In this document: piece by piece, positions 49,636 through 59,706 of the stretch
How the letters are laid out: each line of letters starts with the position of its first letter
How positions within the stretch are numbered: the first letter of the stretch is position 1
Assembly (NCBI GenBank): GCA_965223905.1
Contig: CBDCXV010000001.1
Coordinates: 1,440,001 to 1,504,000 of the forward strand
Length of the DNA: 64,000 nucleotides
From: Candidatus Latescibacterota bacterium
GTDB lineage: Bacteria > Latescibacterota > UBA2968 > UBA8231
Direction: 5' to 3'
Program-made: the position numbers and the translations under genes
Notes under the pieces: model-generated
Told to the model about the DNA's origin: nothing
Database searches by the model: none
Seen by the model: the letters and a program-made list of their open reading frames with translations, nothing else

Positions 49636-50847
49636 TCACTGGTTGTAGAAGTCGATCTGCTGTTGGGCAATCGACCCCTTTTGAGTGAGGGCGAAGAGCA
49701 CGAGGTTGATCCCCAGCTTCACGTGGGGCTCGTTCTCGGTTTCCTTCTCCCAGAAGGCCCCGTACCCCTTGTCCGAATAGACCGCGACCAGGCGATCGTC
49801 GAGGTATATCCCCTCCAGCCAGTGAGAGGATCGGCGTCCGGCGCGGTTGAGGCTGGTCCCGACTCCCACCTCCCCGCCGGCGGGAGGACCGCCCAGGTCG
49901 AAGAAGACGTGGTAAATCGGATGGTTGTTCGGGATCCTCTGGAAACGGGCGTCGCGTCCGAGGGCGTGCCTGAACATCTGTCTGAGTGAAGCTTCGGCGG
50001 GGCCGTGGTGCATCTGGGGGAGGTCGTTGTCCGCCACCACGAAGCCTCCGTTGCGCAGGTAGCGCGCCAGGCTCGCGGCCTCGTGCTCGGTCAACTCGAA
50101 GGCCCGGTCCGTGGTGATGTAGACGAATGGCGCCTTGAACAGGTCCTGCGAGTCGAGGTACATCTGGTCGTCCACCTTGGCTTCGATGTTGGTGTGGTCG
50201 TTGATCCAACGGGCCAGTTGGATGATGGAGCGTTTCTTGGAAGGCTCCAGGATGGTCCCCCACGCCAGGCCCAGGTAGACGAATCCGGTGATGTTCCTCT
50301 TGTCCGTCGGGTCCTGGATCACGAGGCTCTTCACTTTGCCGATGTCGAGGGCGGCCAGGTCGAGAAACTCCGTCTCCATGTCGATGCGTTTCTCCGGCTC
50401 CTTCATGCTCGTCAGGGCGATTTGCTCGAACCGCGGAATGCCGACGAGGGCGTCGCCCATATCGCCGCCGCCGATCGAGACGGCGAACTCGGCGCTGCCG
50501 CCCGCGCGCGTCCACTGCATCGTCCCGCTCAGGGCGTTACCGACTGCCCTGCCCGTGACTACGGTCGCGGTGCGGTCGCTGCTGGCGCGGACCACGGGGG
50601 TTCCTTCCGGAACCGACTGCTTGCGGAAGGCGAACTCCCGCACGAGCCGGGGGGCCGGAAGAAAGAAGGGGGTGTCGTCCTCCTCGAATTCGAAGCGCGC
50701 GACGACGCGCTCTTCCTCCACCGGCCGCGTGGCCGTCAACCAGGTGAACACCCCAACGTGGAGCAGGGCGGAGAGGACGAGGCCTGCTCCCAAGAGGCGC
50801 CAGTTGCTCCTGATGACCCTGAGCCTGTCGGATCGGCGCCGCTTCAC
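49636..50847 (-). CDS. DUF4159-domain membrane-anchored protein
   Basis: N-terminal TM helix (SALLHV), PFVYIT...F.LT..E...L..YL.NGGF..D, IP.NHPIYH.FFD, LG.N...ALT. Confidence 0.8.
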   Translation of the reverse strand: MKRRRSDRLRVIRSNWRLLGAGLVLSALLHVGVFTWLTATRPVEEERVVARFEFEEDDTPFFLPAPRLVREFAFRKQSVPEGTPVVRASSDRTATVVTGRAVGNALSGTMQWTRAGGSAEFAVSIGGGDMGDALVGIPRFEQIALTSMKEPEKRIDMETEFLDLAALDIGKVKSLVIQDPTDKRNITGFVYLGLAWGTILEPSKKRSIIQLARWINDHTNIEAKVDDQMYLDSQDLFKAPFVYITTDRAFELTEHEAASLARYLRNGGFVVADNDLPQMHHGPAEASLRQMFRHALGRDARFQRIPNNHPIYHVFFDLGGPPAGGEVGVGTSLNRAGRRSSHWLEGIYLDDRLVAVYSDKGYGAFWEKETENEPHVKLGINLVLFALTQKGSIAQQQIDFYNQ

Positions 50848-53800
50848 AGGTGCTTCCTCGCGATCGAATCACGTCGCCGTTGGGCGAATTCGGACACCTC
50901 GGGGGTGACTTGCGCGTTGCCCATCTCGCCCTCGGCTATGATCTCCTCGAACACGGCCACGGCCTGCTCCCACTCCTCGAGCCGCTGGAGGCAGACGCCG
51001 ACGTTGACCTTGGCAGCGACGCCGCCCGGCGTGTCGGGATAGCGTTTCCACACCTCTTCGAGAGGGATGATCGAGCCGCGCAGCTTGGCTTCGTCCTCCT
51101 CTCCGACCGCCAGGTTGAACTGTTCCATGGCGGCGCTGTACTCCTGGAAGGCGATCGCCTCGAGCAGTTGCGGCAGCACCGCGGTCGCCTCCGCGGCCTC
51201 CGCGGATCCGGGATACTCCTCCTGGATGGCCCTGAACTGGCCGTAGGCGAGCCGGTAATCCCCCGCGTTGAAGCTCATCTCGGCAAGGGTGTAGCGAACG
51301 GCAGGCAGGTGGCGGCCTCGCGGATAGCGTTCGGCGTAGGCCGAGAACGCCCGCGCGGTCTCCTCCGAACCCTGGCCGCCCGACGCGGCACTCGTCAGAC
51401 ACCATGCGATGTTGTACAGCGCGTTCTCGGCCACGGTGCTGGTCGGGTATCGGTCGATCACCGCCTGGTATGTCCGCCGCGCCAGCTCGTACTGCTTCAG
51501 GTTGAACCGGCACTCGCCGGCGCGGAAAAGGGCGTCGACCGCCACGTCCAGTCGCGGAAAGCGCTCGGCGGTTTGGGCAAAATGACCGGCGGCTTCATCG
51601 AAGCGGCTCTGGTTGTAGTAGGCGAAGCCCAGGTAGTACCGGGTGTAGCCGTCGTCCCGTCCGGAGAAATCCTCGAGCAGCTGTGTCAGTCGCCTCACCG
51701 CCTCATCCTGGCGGTCGAGCTGGAGCGCGGCCAACCCGCCCAGAAAGAGGAACTCGGGGGCGTAGAAGCCGCCTGGAAAGCGCTCCTGCCCGCCTGCCGC
51801 CGCGGCCCGGCCCGTGGCCGCATCCTGCAGCTGAATACTGGCGTCGGCGAGGAGGAACAGCGCCTTCTCGGCGACGAAGTACGGACGTTCCGGGGGCAGG
51901 CCTTCCTCTTCGAAATCGAGTTCTTCGATGCGGGCGCAGGCGGCGGCGACCTCGCCGTACCGACCTTCGCGGAAGGAGATCTCGGCCTGCGCCAGGTAGA
52001 GCTCGGCGGTCTCCAATGCCGTTTCCGTTTGCTCCGCCAGTTCTCCGTACAGGTCGAGTGCCTCGCCGAACCTGCCCAGGGAGGTATAGGCCGTGGCCAG
52101 GAGGCGCGGGGCTGAGGCGCGCAACTCGGGGTCGGTCCAGTCGCGCTCGAGGTCGCGCACCGCTTCCGCGATGCGGCCCATTTTAAACAAGGTGACGCCG
52201 CGGCCATACGCCGCGCGTTGTTCCAGGTCGAAGGCGGCGCCGGCGACGGCGGCGTCGAAGTGGGGCAGAGCGGCGGCGTGGTCGCCGAGGCTCGCGTGGC
52301 ATGCTCCCAGCAGGTAGCGGAACAGGGCCAGTGATGGACCATCCTGAGGATCGGCCGAACGGCGCCCGGCCTCCAGCACCTGGACCGCCCGCGCCGGTTC
52401 CCCGTTTTGAAGGAGGATCTGACCGGCTTCCTGGCGCGAGCGGGCGTAGAGGGCTGCCTCCGGGCGCACCTCCGTGAAGCGCTCGGCGGCGGCCGCCCAT
52501 TCGCCGGCTTCCTTCAGGACCACCCCCAGTTCGAAACGGGCGATGTCGGCCTCCGCATCGTCGGAGAATTCGCCGATTACCAGCTCGTAGACGGCCGCGC
52601 CGCCGCCGTATTCCTCGCGGCGGTGATGTAACCGGGCGATCTGGAACAGAGCGCTCTTGCGGTATCCCGCGCTGTCGCCGGCCTCACTGACGCTCGTGAA
52701 GAGGTCGAGCGCTTCATCCAGCTTGGCGCCGTCGTCCTGAAGCTGCAGGGCCAGCGCCAGATTGAAACGCAGTTCGATGTCGAAAGTGGAGCCTGGATAA
52801 GCCGTCAGCGTCTGGCGCAGCTCGGCCTCGGCGCGGCGGTGGTAGTCGAGTCGCTCCTCTTCCGGATGCCGTTCAGCCTCGCGGAACCACGCCCGGGCGA
52901 TCTGCAACCCGACCCCTTCGACGGCGAGCCCCGCCTGGGCGGCGCGCATCTCGTACAGGTCGCGGTAGCGATCGTACTCGCGCACCGCATCTTCGTAGCG
53001 CTCTATCTCGAAATAGCGGTTGGCGAGCAACAGCTGCATGCGCGCCTTGCCGAACGCATCCTGCCGTGCCTCGATCGCCCGGCGGTACACCTCGATGCAG
53101 GCTTTCAGGTCGCCCCGGTCGAAGTGCATGTCGGCGTGCCGCAGGTAGGCGTCCTCGGCCAGTCGGGGCTCTCCGCCGAACTGGGTGGCTACCGTTTCAA
53201 AAGCCTCGGCCGCCCTGTCGTGCTCCCCCAACCTGGCGTAGCACACGCCGATCCTCAACAGCGCCTTGGCCGCCAGTTCCAGAGCCGTTTCGTCGACGAG
53301 TCCGGCGATCTTCTCCCGTTTCATCAACAGGATTTCGCGCTCCGACATCTGGCCGATGCGTTGCGAGTCCACGAGCCGCTGGTACCTCGGGATGGCATCG
53401 GCGTAGCGCTCGAGCCTGAAGTAGGCCTCGCCGAGCTGGAACAGCGCCCGGTTTACCCGGTACCCGGTGGAGAAACGGGCGACGAGCTGCTCGAAGGCTT
53501 CGATGCTGTCGCCGTATTGCTCCATGTCGTAGTAGGCCCAGCCGATGTCGTACATCGCGTTGACGACGTACTTGCTTTCGGGGTAAGCCTCGATCAGCCT
53601 TCGAGCTCCGTCGATGGAGCGCTGGTATTCCTTCATTTTGTACCAACAGGTCACGGCCTGACTCCTGGCCAGGGCCTGGAGGGCCGTCACCGACGACGTC
53701 GCCTCGGTGGCGACGAAAAACTCGGCTGCCTGAGCAAACAACCGCGAAGCCCGGTCCAGATGCCCGGCGCGCTCGACCACGCCTCCCCGGCGCGCCGCCC

Positions 53801-54092
53801 TCCGCAGCTCCTCCTCCGCCATCTTGAAGTGAGCGTTTCCGGTCTGGTACCGGGCCACCTCGAGCAGCGGCGCGCTGATGTCGCCGACGGTGACCAGGAC
53901 CGCATCCGCATCCAAAAAGCGGCTGTCGCTGTCGCCGATCCGACCGTAGCTCTCGATGGCCTGATCGTACGCCCCGGACGAGTAGAATTTCTGGGCGTCG
54001 GCAAAGGACGCACGGAGCTCTTCGCTGGTCGGCGAGAACCGGGTCGCCGCGATCATCGCCACCAGCCCGCCCAGGATTGCCAGCTGGATCAA
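50844..54092 (-). CDS. Large TPR-repeat periplasmic protein (YbgF/BamD-like repeats)
   Basis: N-terminal hydrophobic anchor, many A.Y..G..Y...Y..A...F......YP.S units. TTG start. Confidence 0.85.
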   Translation of the reverse strand: MIQLAILGGLVAMIAATRFSPTSEELRASFADAQKFYSSGAYDQAIESYGRIGDSDSRFLDADAVLVTVGDISAPLLEVARYQTGNAHFKMAEEELRRAARRGGVVERAGHLDRASRLFAQAAEFFVATEATSSVTALQALARSQAVTCWYKMKEYQRSIDGARRLIEAYPESKYVVNAMYDIGWAYYDMEQYGDSIEAFEQLVARFSTGYRVNRALFQLGEAYFRLERYADAIPRYQRLVDSQRIGQMSEREILLMKREKIAGLVDETALELAAKALLRIGVCYARLGEHDRAAEAFETVATQFGGEPRLAEDAYLRHADMHFDRGDLKACIEVYRRAIEARQDAFGKARMQLLLANRYFEIERYEDAVREYDRYRDLYEMRAAQAGLAVEGVGLQIARAWFREAERHPEEERLDYHRRAEAELRQTLTAYPGSTFDIELRFNLALALQLQDDGAKLDEALDLFTSVSEAGDSAGYRKSALFQIARLHHRREEYGGGAAVYELVIGEFSDDAEADIARFELGVVLKEAGEWAAAAERFTEVRPEAALYARSRQEAGQILLQNGEPARAVQVLEAGRRSADPQDGPSLALFRYLLGACHASLGDHAAALPHFDAAVAGAAFDLEQRAAYGRGVTLFKMGRIAEAVRDLERDWTDPELRASAPRLLATAYTSLGRFGEALDLYGELAEQTETALETAELYLAQAEISFREGRYGEVAAACARIEELDFEEEGLPPERPYFVAEKALFLLADASIQLQDAATGRAAAAGGQERFPGGFYAPEFLFLGGLAALQLDRQDEAVRRLTQLLEDFSGRDDGYTRYYLGFAYYNQSRFDEAAGHFAQTAERFPRLDVAVDALFRAGECRFNLKQYELARRTYQAVIDRYPTSTVAENALYNIAWCLTSAASGGQGSEETARAFSAYAERYPRGRHLPAVRYTLAEMSFNAGDYRLAYGQFRAIQEEYPGSAEAAEATAVLPQLLEAIAFQEYSAAMEQFNLAVGEEDEAKLRGSIIPLEEVWKRYPDTPGGVAAKVNVGVCLQRLEEWEQAVAVFEEIIAEGEMGNAQVTPEVSEFAQRRRDSIARKHL

Positions 54093-54105
54093 AGCCGATC
54101 CTTTC

Positions 54106-56931
54106 TCATTCGTCGAACCCGAGGATGACGTTGAAAAAGAGGGTAATCGTGTCCCAGCTTTCCGCCGCCCGCAACGGGTCGCTGAATCGACGCGACCGCG
54201 TTCGCGCTCCCAGGTTCATCGCCACTTCGTAGCCGAAGTAGGGCGAGCGGTTCGTCAGCTGCAACACCCGGGATTCCTCATCGAGGCTGTTGAATCCGTC
54301 GGCGCGGTCGTCGAGGCGCACGGGCAGGCCCGGCAGGCCCTCCATGCCGAACCACACATGGGTGCGGTCGGACAGCCGGTACTGCACCTTGAAGACCGGC
54401 ATCAGCGTCCATTCATGGGCGAGGTCGACGGGAAGGCTCTCACGGGTGCGGCGCAGCACCAGTCCCTTGCATTGCCCGGTGATCTGCCACTGCCGGGTCG
54501 GCTCCCAAACGTACTCGCTCTTGGCCACCACGGTCAGCAGGGCGAGTCTGTCGGGAGGCTGGTCGCTGCCGTCCGCCAGGTGGGCTCCCCGCTGACGGTT
54601 GACGGCGTACCGCGCATTCCCCCAGAGGCGCAGGCCGCTCGCCGCTCGCCACTCCCCTTCCAGATAATGCTGGCGGTCGACACTGTTCCGCCACTCCAGC
54701 TCATCGCTGAAGATGCGCCGCAGGTAGCGGGGGAATGTTCCCGTTCCCGTCAGCTGCTCGGCGAAGACCTGATACGGGTTCTCGATGTCGTCGTGCAGAC
54801 GCTGGAGCAGGGTCTCGGCGCGGATATAACCCCGGTCCGGGTTGGCCTGCTCGAACGTAACGCGCCCGTACACACTCTCGTTGCGGGCGCCGCTGGCAAT
54901 CCCCTTCGCGTGCAGGCGACCCGCTGACAGCCCGGCCCCATACGGCAGGCGCAGGCGACCGTAGAAATGGGTGCCGCGCTGATCCAGCTCGTACGGATAA
55001 TCCGGACGCAGATCATCCTCGCGCACATCCACGATGCCGTTGTTGTTCCAGTCCCGGCCGTAGGCGAATTGGTCCGACTCGACGTCAAAACGAAGGAACG
55101 GCTCCAGGTAATCCGGCAAGTCGTTGCCGTTCCGGTTCGTGTCCGGTATACCGTCATGGTCCTCGTCCTTGCCGGGGAACACGCCGTCCGGGTCGTATTC
55201 AGGGGATGTGTAGAAGATCGCCGGTCTGTGGCCGTGGCCGATGTCGGGGTAGCGGTCGTTGTCGTCGTTGTCCTCGACGAAACCGCTGTTGTAGTCCTCG
55301 TCCATCGAAAAAACCTCGCCGCCGCTCTCCACCATCTCCCGGCGCCATTGGGCCGTGATGTAGTAGGCGCCGGAGGCGGTGGTACTGCGGTCCCCATTCC
55401 ACTGGCGCAGCGCCCGGGTCTCGCCCAGGGTCCGAAAACCAGGCTGACCGTTGGGATACTGCCTGTACTCGACGCTGCGCGCGTATTCCCATTGCACCCG
55501 GGCGCCGCCGGCCTCCCACGAGCCGTTCAGGCCCCACAGCATGCGGCCGGTCCAGCCACCCACGTTAAGGGTGACCCATTCGAGATTCGACAGGTCCTGC
55601 ACGTTGCCCTGCGACCGCAGCTGCGCCCGGATCCCCGATATCGCCCGGGTATGGCCCTGCCCTCCTTCGTCCAGCCCGGAGATTATCCCGCCTCCGATAC
55701 TCCAGCGGAGCTCCTCGTTCCGGGTCCGCTCGTTGGCCATGAACAGTCCGAAGATATCCACCCGGTAGTCGTTGCCCACCAGCGCTTCGAGTTGCGCTCC
55801 ACTCACCTGCGGCTCGTTGCGCAGGTCATAGTAGAACATGACGACCTCATCGCCGTCCGCCCGCCTCTGCGGGGCTCCCGGAGGCAACGGCTCCACCCAG
55901 CGCAGCAGCTCCGGCAGATTCACGGAACTCTCCACGTCCTCGCCGGCCAGATGGCGCCGCAGGTAGAGCACGTCGGCGTACTTCGTTCCCTCGTCCGCGT
56001 ACAGCGTGCGCCGGAATCCCGAGCGCGTATCGCGGCCGACGGCGGAGGGATTCCGCGCCTTGATGCGCACGATGAACGGCTGCAGGTCGGGGCGCGGTTG
56101 CCCGTTCAGATGCATCCTGACCTCGTTGATGACGGCTCCCGCGACATCGTCGTCGGGCGAATCATCGGCGAACCGCACGATCAGAAAGCTCGGCAATACC
56201 TGAACCGATTGCAGGCCGCCGCGCAGCGCGAAATCGGCCTGGTGGGCGTCGAAGAGATGGAAATTCACCGCCGTCGCCCCCAGCTTCGCTGCGCCCGCCC
56301 GCACCTCGCCGTGTCCTCCGAGCAGCATCGCCGCATCCCGTTGCTTGGCGGCGACGTCGTTTTCTCTCCAGGTCGGTTGCTGGCCGTACAGATCCCTGGA
56401 AACCGGCCCCGTCCAGCGCTGGGCGATGGCGGTGAAACGGGTGTGCCTGGTTTCGGTGTCCAGACGCACGCCGTCGAAACCGGCCAGGCGCAACGTCAGC
56501 GGCGTGAACAGCGTGCGGATCTCGCTCCCGATGATGAGGCCCCCCGCCCATCCTTTGTGAGACTCCTTGGCGACGATGTTGCGCTCGAAGCGGTCCCACC
56601 TCTGCCTGTTTTCCAGCGGCAGGGGGAGGTCCCTGATGCTGCGGGGCTCGATCGAGGCGGTGTTCGTCCTCATCTCCCGCCACCGGTACACGTCGTATCC
56701 CTTGATCAGAAAGTTGCCCATCGGACCGTAATGGTTGACCCTGGAATACCGGCTCGAGTCGGGGATTGCGTAGTCGGTAAAGCTGTAGTCCCGGTAGCCG
56801 GGTCCCGCACGGTAGAGGAAGTCCCTGGCGGCCAGGATTCGGGGCACCCCGGGTGCGTTCTGCGCTCCCGCAGCGCCCACACACCCTATCAGATAGCAGG
56901 CGGCCAGGCATGTCGACCGGACGCCCCTCAT
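54106..56931 (-). CDS. Secreted/outer-membrane protein, paralog 1 (acidic Ca-binding-like insert plus beta-strand C-terminus)
   Basis: Signal peptide AGA-Q, FTPLTL, DDSP, DNDDND..PD...DGVFPG.D.D.DG..DTN.NGN..PDYLEPF...NNNG..D.RE...PDYPY. Ends FFNVILGFDE. Confidence 0.8.
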   Translation of the reverse strand: MRGVRSTCLAACYLIGCVGAAGAQNAPGVPRILAARDFLYRAGPGYRDYSFTDYAIPDSSRYSRVNHYGPMGNFLIKGYDVYRWREMRTNTASIEPRSIRDLPLPLENRQRWDRFERNIVAKESHKGWAGGLIIGSEIRTLFTPLTLRLAGFDGVRLDTETRHTRFTAIAQRWTGPVSRDLYGQQPTWRENDVAAKQRDAAMLLGGHGEVRAGAAKLGATAVNFHLFDAHQADFALRGGLQSVQVLPSFLIVRFADDSPDDDVAGAVINEVRMHLNGQPRPDLQPFIVRIKARNPSAVGRDTRSGFRRTLYADEGTKYADVLYLRRHLAGEDVESSVNLPELLRWVEPLPPGAPQRRADGDEVVMFYYDLRNEPQVSGAQLEALVGNDYRVDIFGLFMANERTRNEELRWSIGGGIISGLDEGGQGHTRAISGIRAQLRSQGNVQDLSNLEWVTLNVGGWTGRMLWGLNGSWEAGGARVQWEYARSVEYRQYPNGQPGFRTLGETRALRQWNGDRSTTASGAYYITAQWRREMVESGGEVFSMDEDYNSGFVEDNDDNDRYPDIGHGHRPAIFYTSPEYDPDGVFPGKDEDHDGIPDTNRNGNDLPDYLEPFLRFDVESDQFAYGRDWNNNGIVDVREDDLRPDYPYELDQRGTHFYGRLRLPYGAGLSAGRLHAKGIASGARNESVYGRVTFEQANPDRGYIRAETLLQRLHDDIENPYQVFAEQLTGTGTFPRYLRRIFSDELEWRNSVDRQHYLEGEWRAASGLRLWGNARYAVNRQRGAHLADGSDQPPDRLALLTVVAKSEYVWEPTRQWQITGQCKGLVLRRTRESLPVDLAHEWTLMPVFKVQYRLSDRTHVWFGMEGLPGLPVRLDDRADGFNSLDEESRVLQLTNRSPYFGYEVAMNLGARTRSRRFSDPLRAAESWDTITLFFNVILGFDE

Positions 56932-59705
56932 CCCTGGAACGGCTCCACACCCATCACCAGTCGCAGGAAGAACAGGGACCGATCGATGTCCTGCAGGGCG
57001 CGCCTGCGGTCCTTGAACCTCAGCTTCTTAAGCTGGTAACCCACGTTGAGGGTCATAAGGTGGCCCTGGTAGGTGGAGGTATTGATCAGCATCGCGATGT
57101 AGTCCTCGGAGGAATAGTCCACCTCGCGATTGAGAGGAAAGCGGTACTGGCTTTTTAGGAAGGGCAGCCCCTGAGCACCCGCGCGCAGAGAGGTCCGCGG
57201 CGTCAACGGGTAATCGACCACCGCGATCGGATAGAAAAGACGCTCGGAGATCTCGTTCACCCTGCCCCTGGCGTCCTTCTTCCGGTAAAGCATGTATTTC
57301 ACCTTCGGGGTAATGGTCAGCGAGTGCACTCTCCAGGCGTAATCCGCCCTGAGCACCCATGCCAGCTCGCGCACCGAGTTGCCCGGCTGCAGGGCGGTCT
57401 TGCGCTGCCGATTGAGGGTGTGCTTGAATCGATTGTTGATGTTCAAGTTCCGCACGCGCAGGAACGTGGCATCGAAGTAGGCCGTGTTCGCCCAACTATC
57501 CCTCATCAACAGTTCGTCTTCCACTTCGGCGGTAAAGGAACTGAGGACAAATGAGTTCGGATTCCGGGGGATCGCGTGCTGCTCGAAGAAGGCGAACCGG
57601 GGCGTATCGTCGGCGATGTCGTCGCGGACCCGCTTGAGCGTGTTGGTGATGTTCACCCGGGCGTACGGATAGAGGGGGCGCTGGTAGTTGAGCTTGGCGT
57701 AAGAGACCCGATTGCGCCCGCCTCCCCAGATCCCTTCGACCCGGTAGCGCCCCACGGCCAGTTTGAGATCGTTGGCCGCTTCGAACTCCACGTACAGGTG
57801 GTGTCCTTTGGAGTCGGTCTCGTAGGGATAATCCGGGTCGCGATCGTCCTCGCGGTGATCGATGAGGCCGTTGTTGTTCAGATCGTCTCCCGGAGCGTAT
57901 TCCGGGGGATCGACCTTGTAGAGGAAAAACGGTTCCAGGTAGTCGGGCTCGTTGTTTCCATTTTCGTTCGTGTCCGTGCGGCCGTCCTGGTCCTGGTCCA
58001 GTCCGGGAAAGACACCGTCGATGTCGCCGAAGCTGATGGGTAGAAAGTGGAAATCCGGAAGCAGATCCTTGTCGTCGTTGTCGTCGACCGTGTCCAGCTC
58101 CAGAGTGTCGTTGTAGCGTTCTACCCAGTTGGGTTGGATCTCGCCGGCGAACGGTGCCCCGATGACGTCGGTGTAGGTTCGGAACACGGGACTCTGAACG
58201 GACAGGGAAGTCCCGTAGAGCGGGTCCATTCTAAAGAGCTCCCCGCCCATGACGAAGTGGTCGAACCGCCGTGTCGCGTTGATGTAAAACGCATCCCCGG
58301 TACGCTTTTGCCAACGCTGCCGGCCCAGTCTCGTCGGGTACTGCCGGAAGTCGAAACTGCGCGCCCACTCGGAGCGCACCTGAAAGCCGGAACTCTCGAA
58401 CTCCGCCCGGACGCTGGCTGCGGTTCTCCCGCTCTGCCTGCCGTATTCGAATTCCACCCAGCGCAGGTTGGCGCCGTCCTGGACCTTGCCTTCCTGGGCG
58501 GCGACGTCGTAGAAGTAGGAGGCCTGCTGGCCGAAGCCCCCGGCCCCCGAGGCCAGCGGACGGATTTCGGAGATGCTGATGCGGTAGTCGTTGGCCACCA
58601 GGGCCTTGAAGCGGATGGACTCGATGCCGTCGCGCTCCTGTTCGGGAATCGCGAACCAGTAGATGAGGAATTCGCTGCCGTTGGCCTCGAGGAAACCCTC
58701 GCGCGTCGGATCCTGAAGCGGGAAATCCCCCCGGCCGAACTGGATGTAGGGAGGAATGGCGCGATCGCGTGGGAACAACCGGTCCCAGTTGACGTTGGTT
58801 TGCTCGATTTCGCGGGAATCGTGCCGGGTGATGCTGACCTCGACAAAGGCATCGAGGTCCCCATCGATCTGCATATCGAGAACGCGGGCTCCCTTGCCGT
58901 CGTTCTCGGTGCCATCGCTGACTTTGACGGCGATCAGCATCGGCGGCAAGGTTCCCGTCGAAGGAAGCACCCCCTTCAGGCCGTGGTCGCCCCAGTCGAT
59001 GAAGCTGTCCGTGCGGTTCATGTTCACGTAGGTGAATCTCAGGTTCAGGGCGCCGATCTCTCGATCCAGGTGACCGCCCAGCAGATAGGTCGGCTCCTGT
59101 CGTTTCCCGTGAAAGGCGTTGTCTTCCGGCAACGCCCTGCCCACGAGGAGCTTTGCCTGGTATATGGGAGCGTCGAACCTGGAGGAGATCAGCGAGACCC
59201 TGGTGTTCTTCGTCGCCAGATCCCAACGCACCCCGTTCAAAGCAGCCAGATCGAGCGTGAGGGCGGTGAACTTGGTGCGGATGCGGTCGCCGACGATGAG
59301 CCGGCTGTTCCAGTTCTTGTAGCTGTCGTGAGCCACGACCAGATTGTTCACCCAGTCCGAGTACATGGACCTCGACTGCCCAGCGCTGACGCCGCGCTCC
59401 CCGAAGGCCCTGTTGGACTTGTCGATCAGGCTGCCATCGGTGAGGGCCAGCGATGGCCTGGTCTCCTCGCTGGTCCAGATCGTCGTGCCGCGCATGATGG
59501 AATTGCCCAGGTGATCGAAGACCGGCGCTCTTCTCCGCGACCACGGGTCCACCGCGTACGGGTAATAGCCATGGCGGGCGTAGCTTTCCTCGTAGAACTC
59601 GGCCTCGTCGTAGAGCAGCTGGCACAATCCGCCAGCCGGAATGAAAAGAACCGCCCACCATCCCAGGACGAGGGATCTGAGACCGCCGGCTGTTGGCCCC
59701 GCCAT
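56928..59705 (-). CDS. Secreted/outer-membrane protein, paralog 2
   Basis: Same blocks: FTALTL, GVRWD, DDNDD.D..PD, DGVFPGLD, PDYLEPF, NNNG, PDYPY. Ends FFLRLVMG. Confidence 0.8.
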   Translation of the reverse strand: MAGPTAGGLRSLVLGWWAVLFIPAGGLCQLLYDEAEFYEESYARHGYYPYAVDPWSRRRAPVFDHLGNSIMRGTTIWTSEETRPSLALTDGSLIDKSNRAFGERGVSAGQSRSMYSDWVNNLVVAHDSYKNWNSRLIVGDRIRTKFTALTLDLAALNGVRWDLATKNTRVSLISSRFDAPIYQAKLLVGRALPEDNAFHGKRQEPTYLLGGHLDREIGALNLRFTYVNMNRTDSFIDWGDHGLKGVLPSTGTLPPMLIAVKVSDGTENDGKGARVLDMQIDGDLDAFVEVSITRHDSREIEQTNVNWDRLFPRDRAIPPYIQFGRGDFPLQDPTREGFLEANGSEFLIYWFAIPEQERDGIESIRFKALVANDYRISISEIRPLASGAGGFGQQASYFYDVAAQEGKVQDGANLRWVEFEYGRQSGRTAASVRAEFESSGFQVRSEWARSFDFRQYPTRLGRQRWQKRTGDAFYINATRRFDHFVMGGELFRMDPLYGTSLSVQSPVFRTYTDVIGAPFAGEIQPNWVERYNDTLELDTVDDNDDKDLLPDFHFLPISFGDIDGVFPGLDQDQDGRTDTNENGNNEPDYLEPFFLYKVDPPEYAPGDDLNNNGLIDHREDDRDPDYPYETDSKGHHLYVEFEAANDLKLAVGRYRVEGIWGGGRNRVSYAKLNYQRPLYPYARVNITNTLKRVRDDIADDTPRFAFFEQHAIPRNPNSFVLSSFTAEVEDELLMRDSWANTAYFDATFLRVRNLNINNRFKHTLNRQRKTALQPGNSVRELAWVLRADYAWRVHSLTITPKVKYMLYRKKDARGRVNEISERLFYPIAVVDYPLTPRTSLRAGAQGLPFLKSQYRFPLNREVDYSSEDYIAMLINTSTYQGHLMTLNVGYQLKKLRFKDRRRALQDIDRSLFFLRLVMGVEPFQG

Positions 59706-59706
59706 T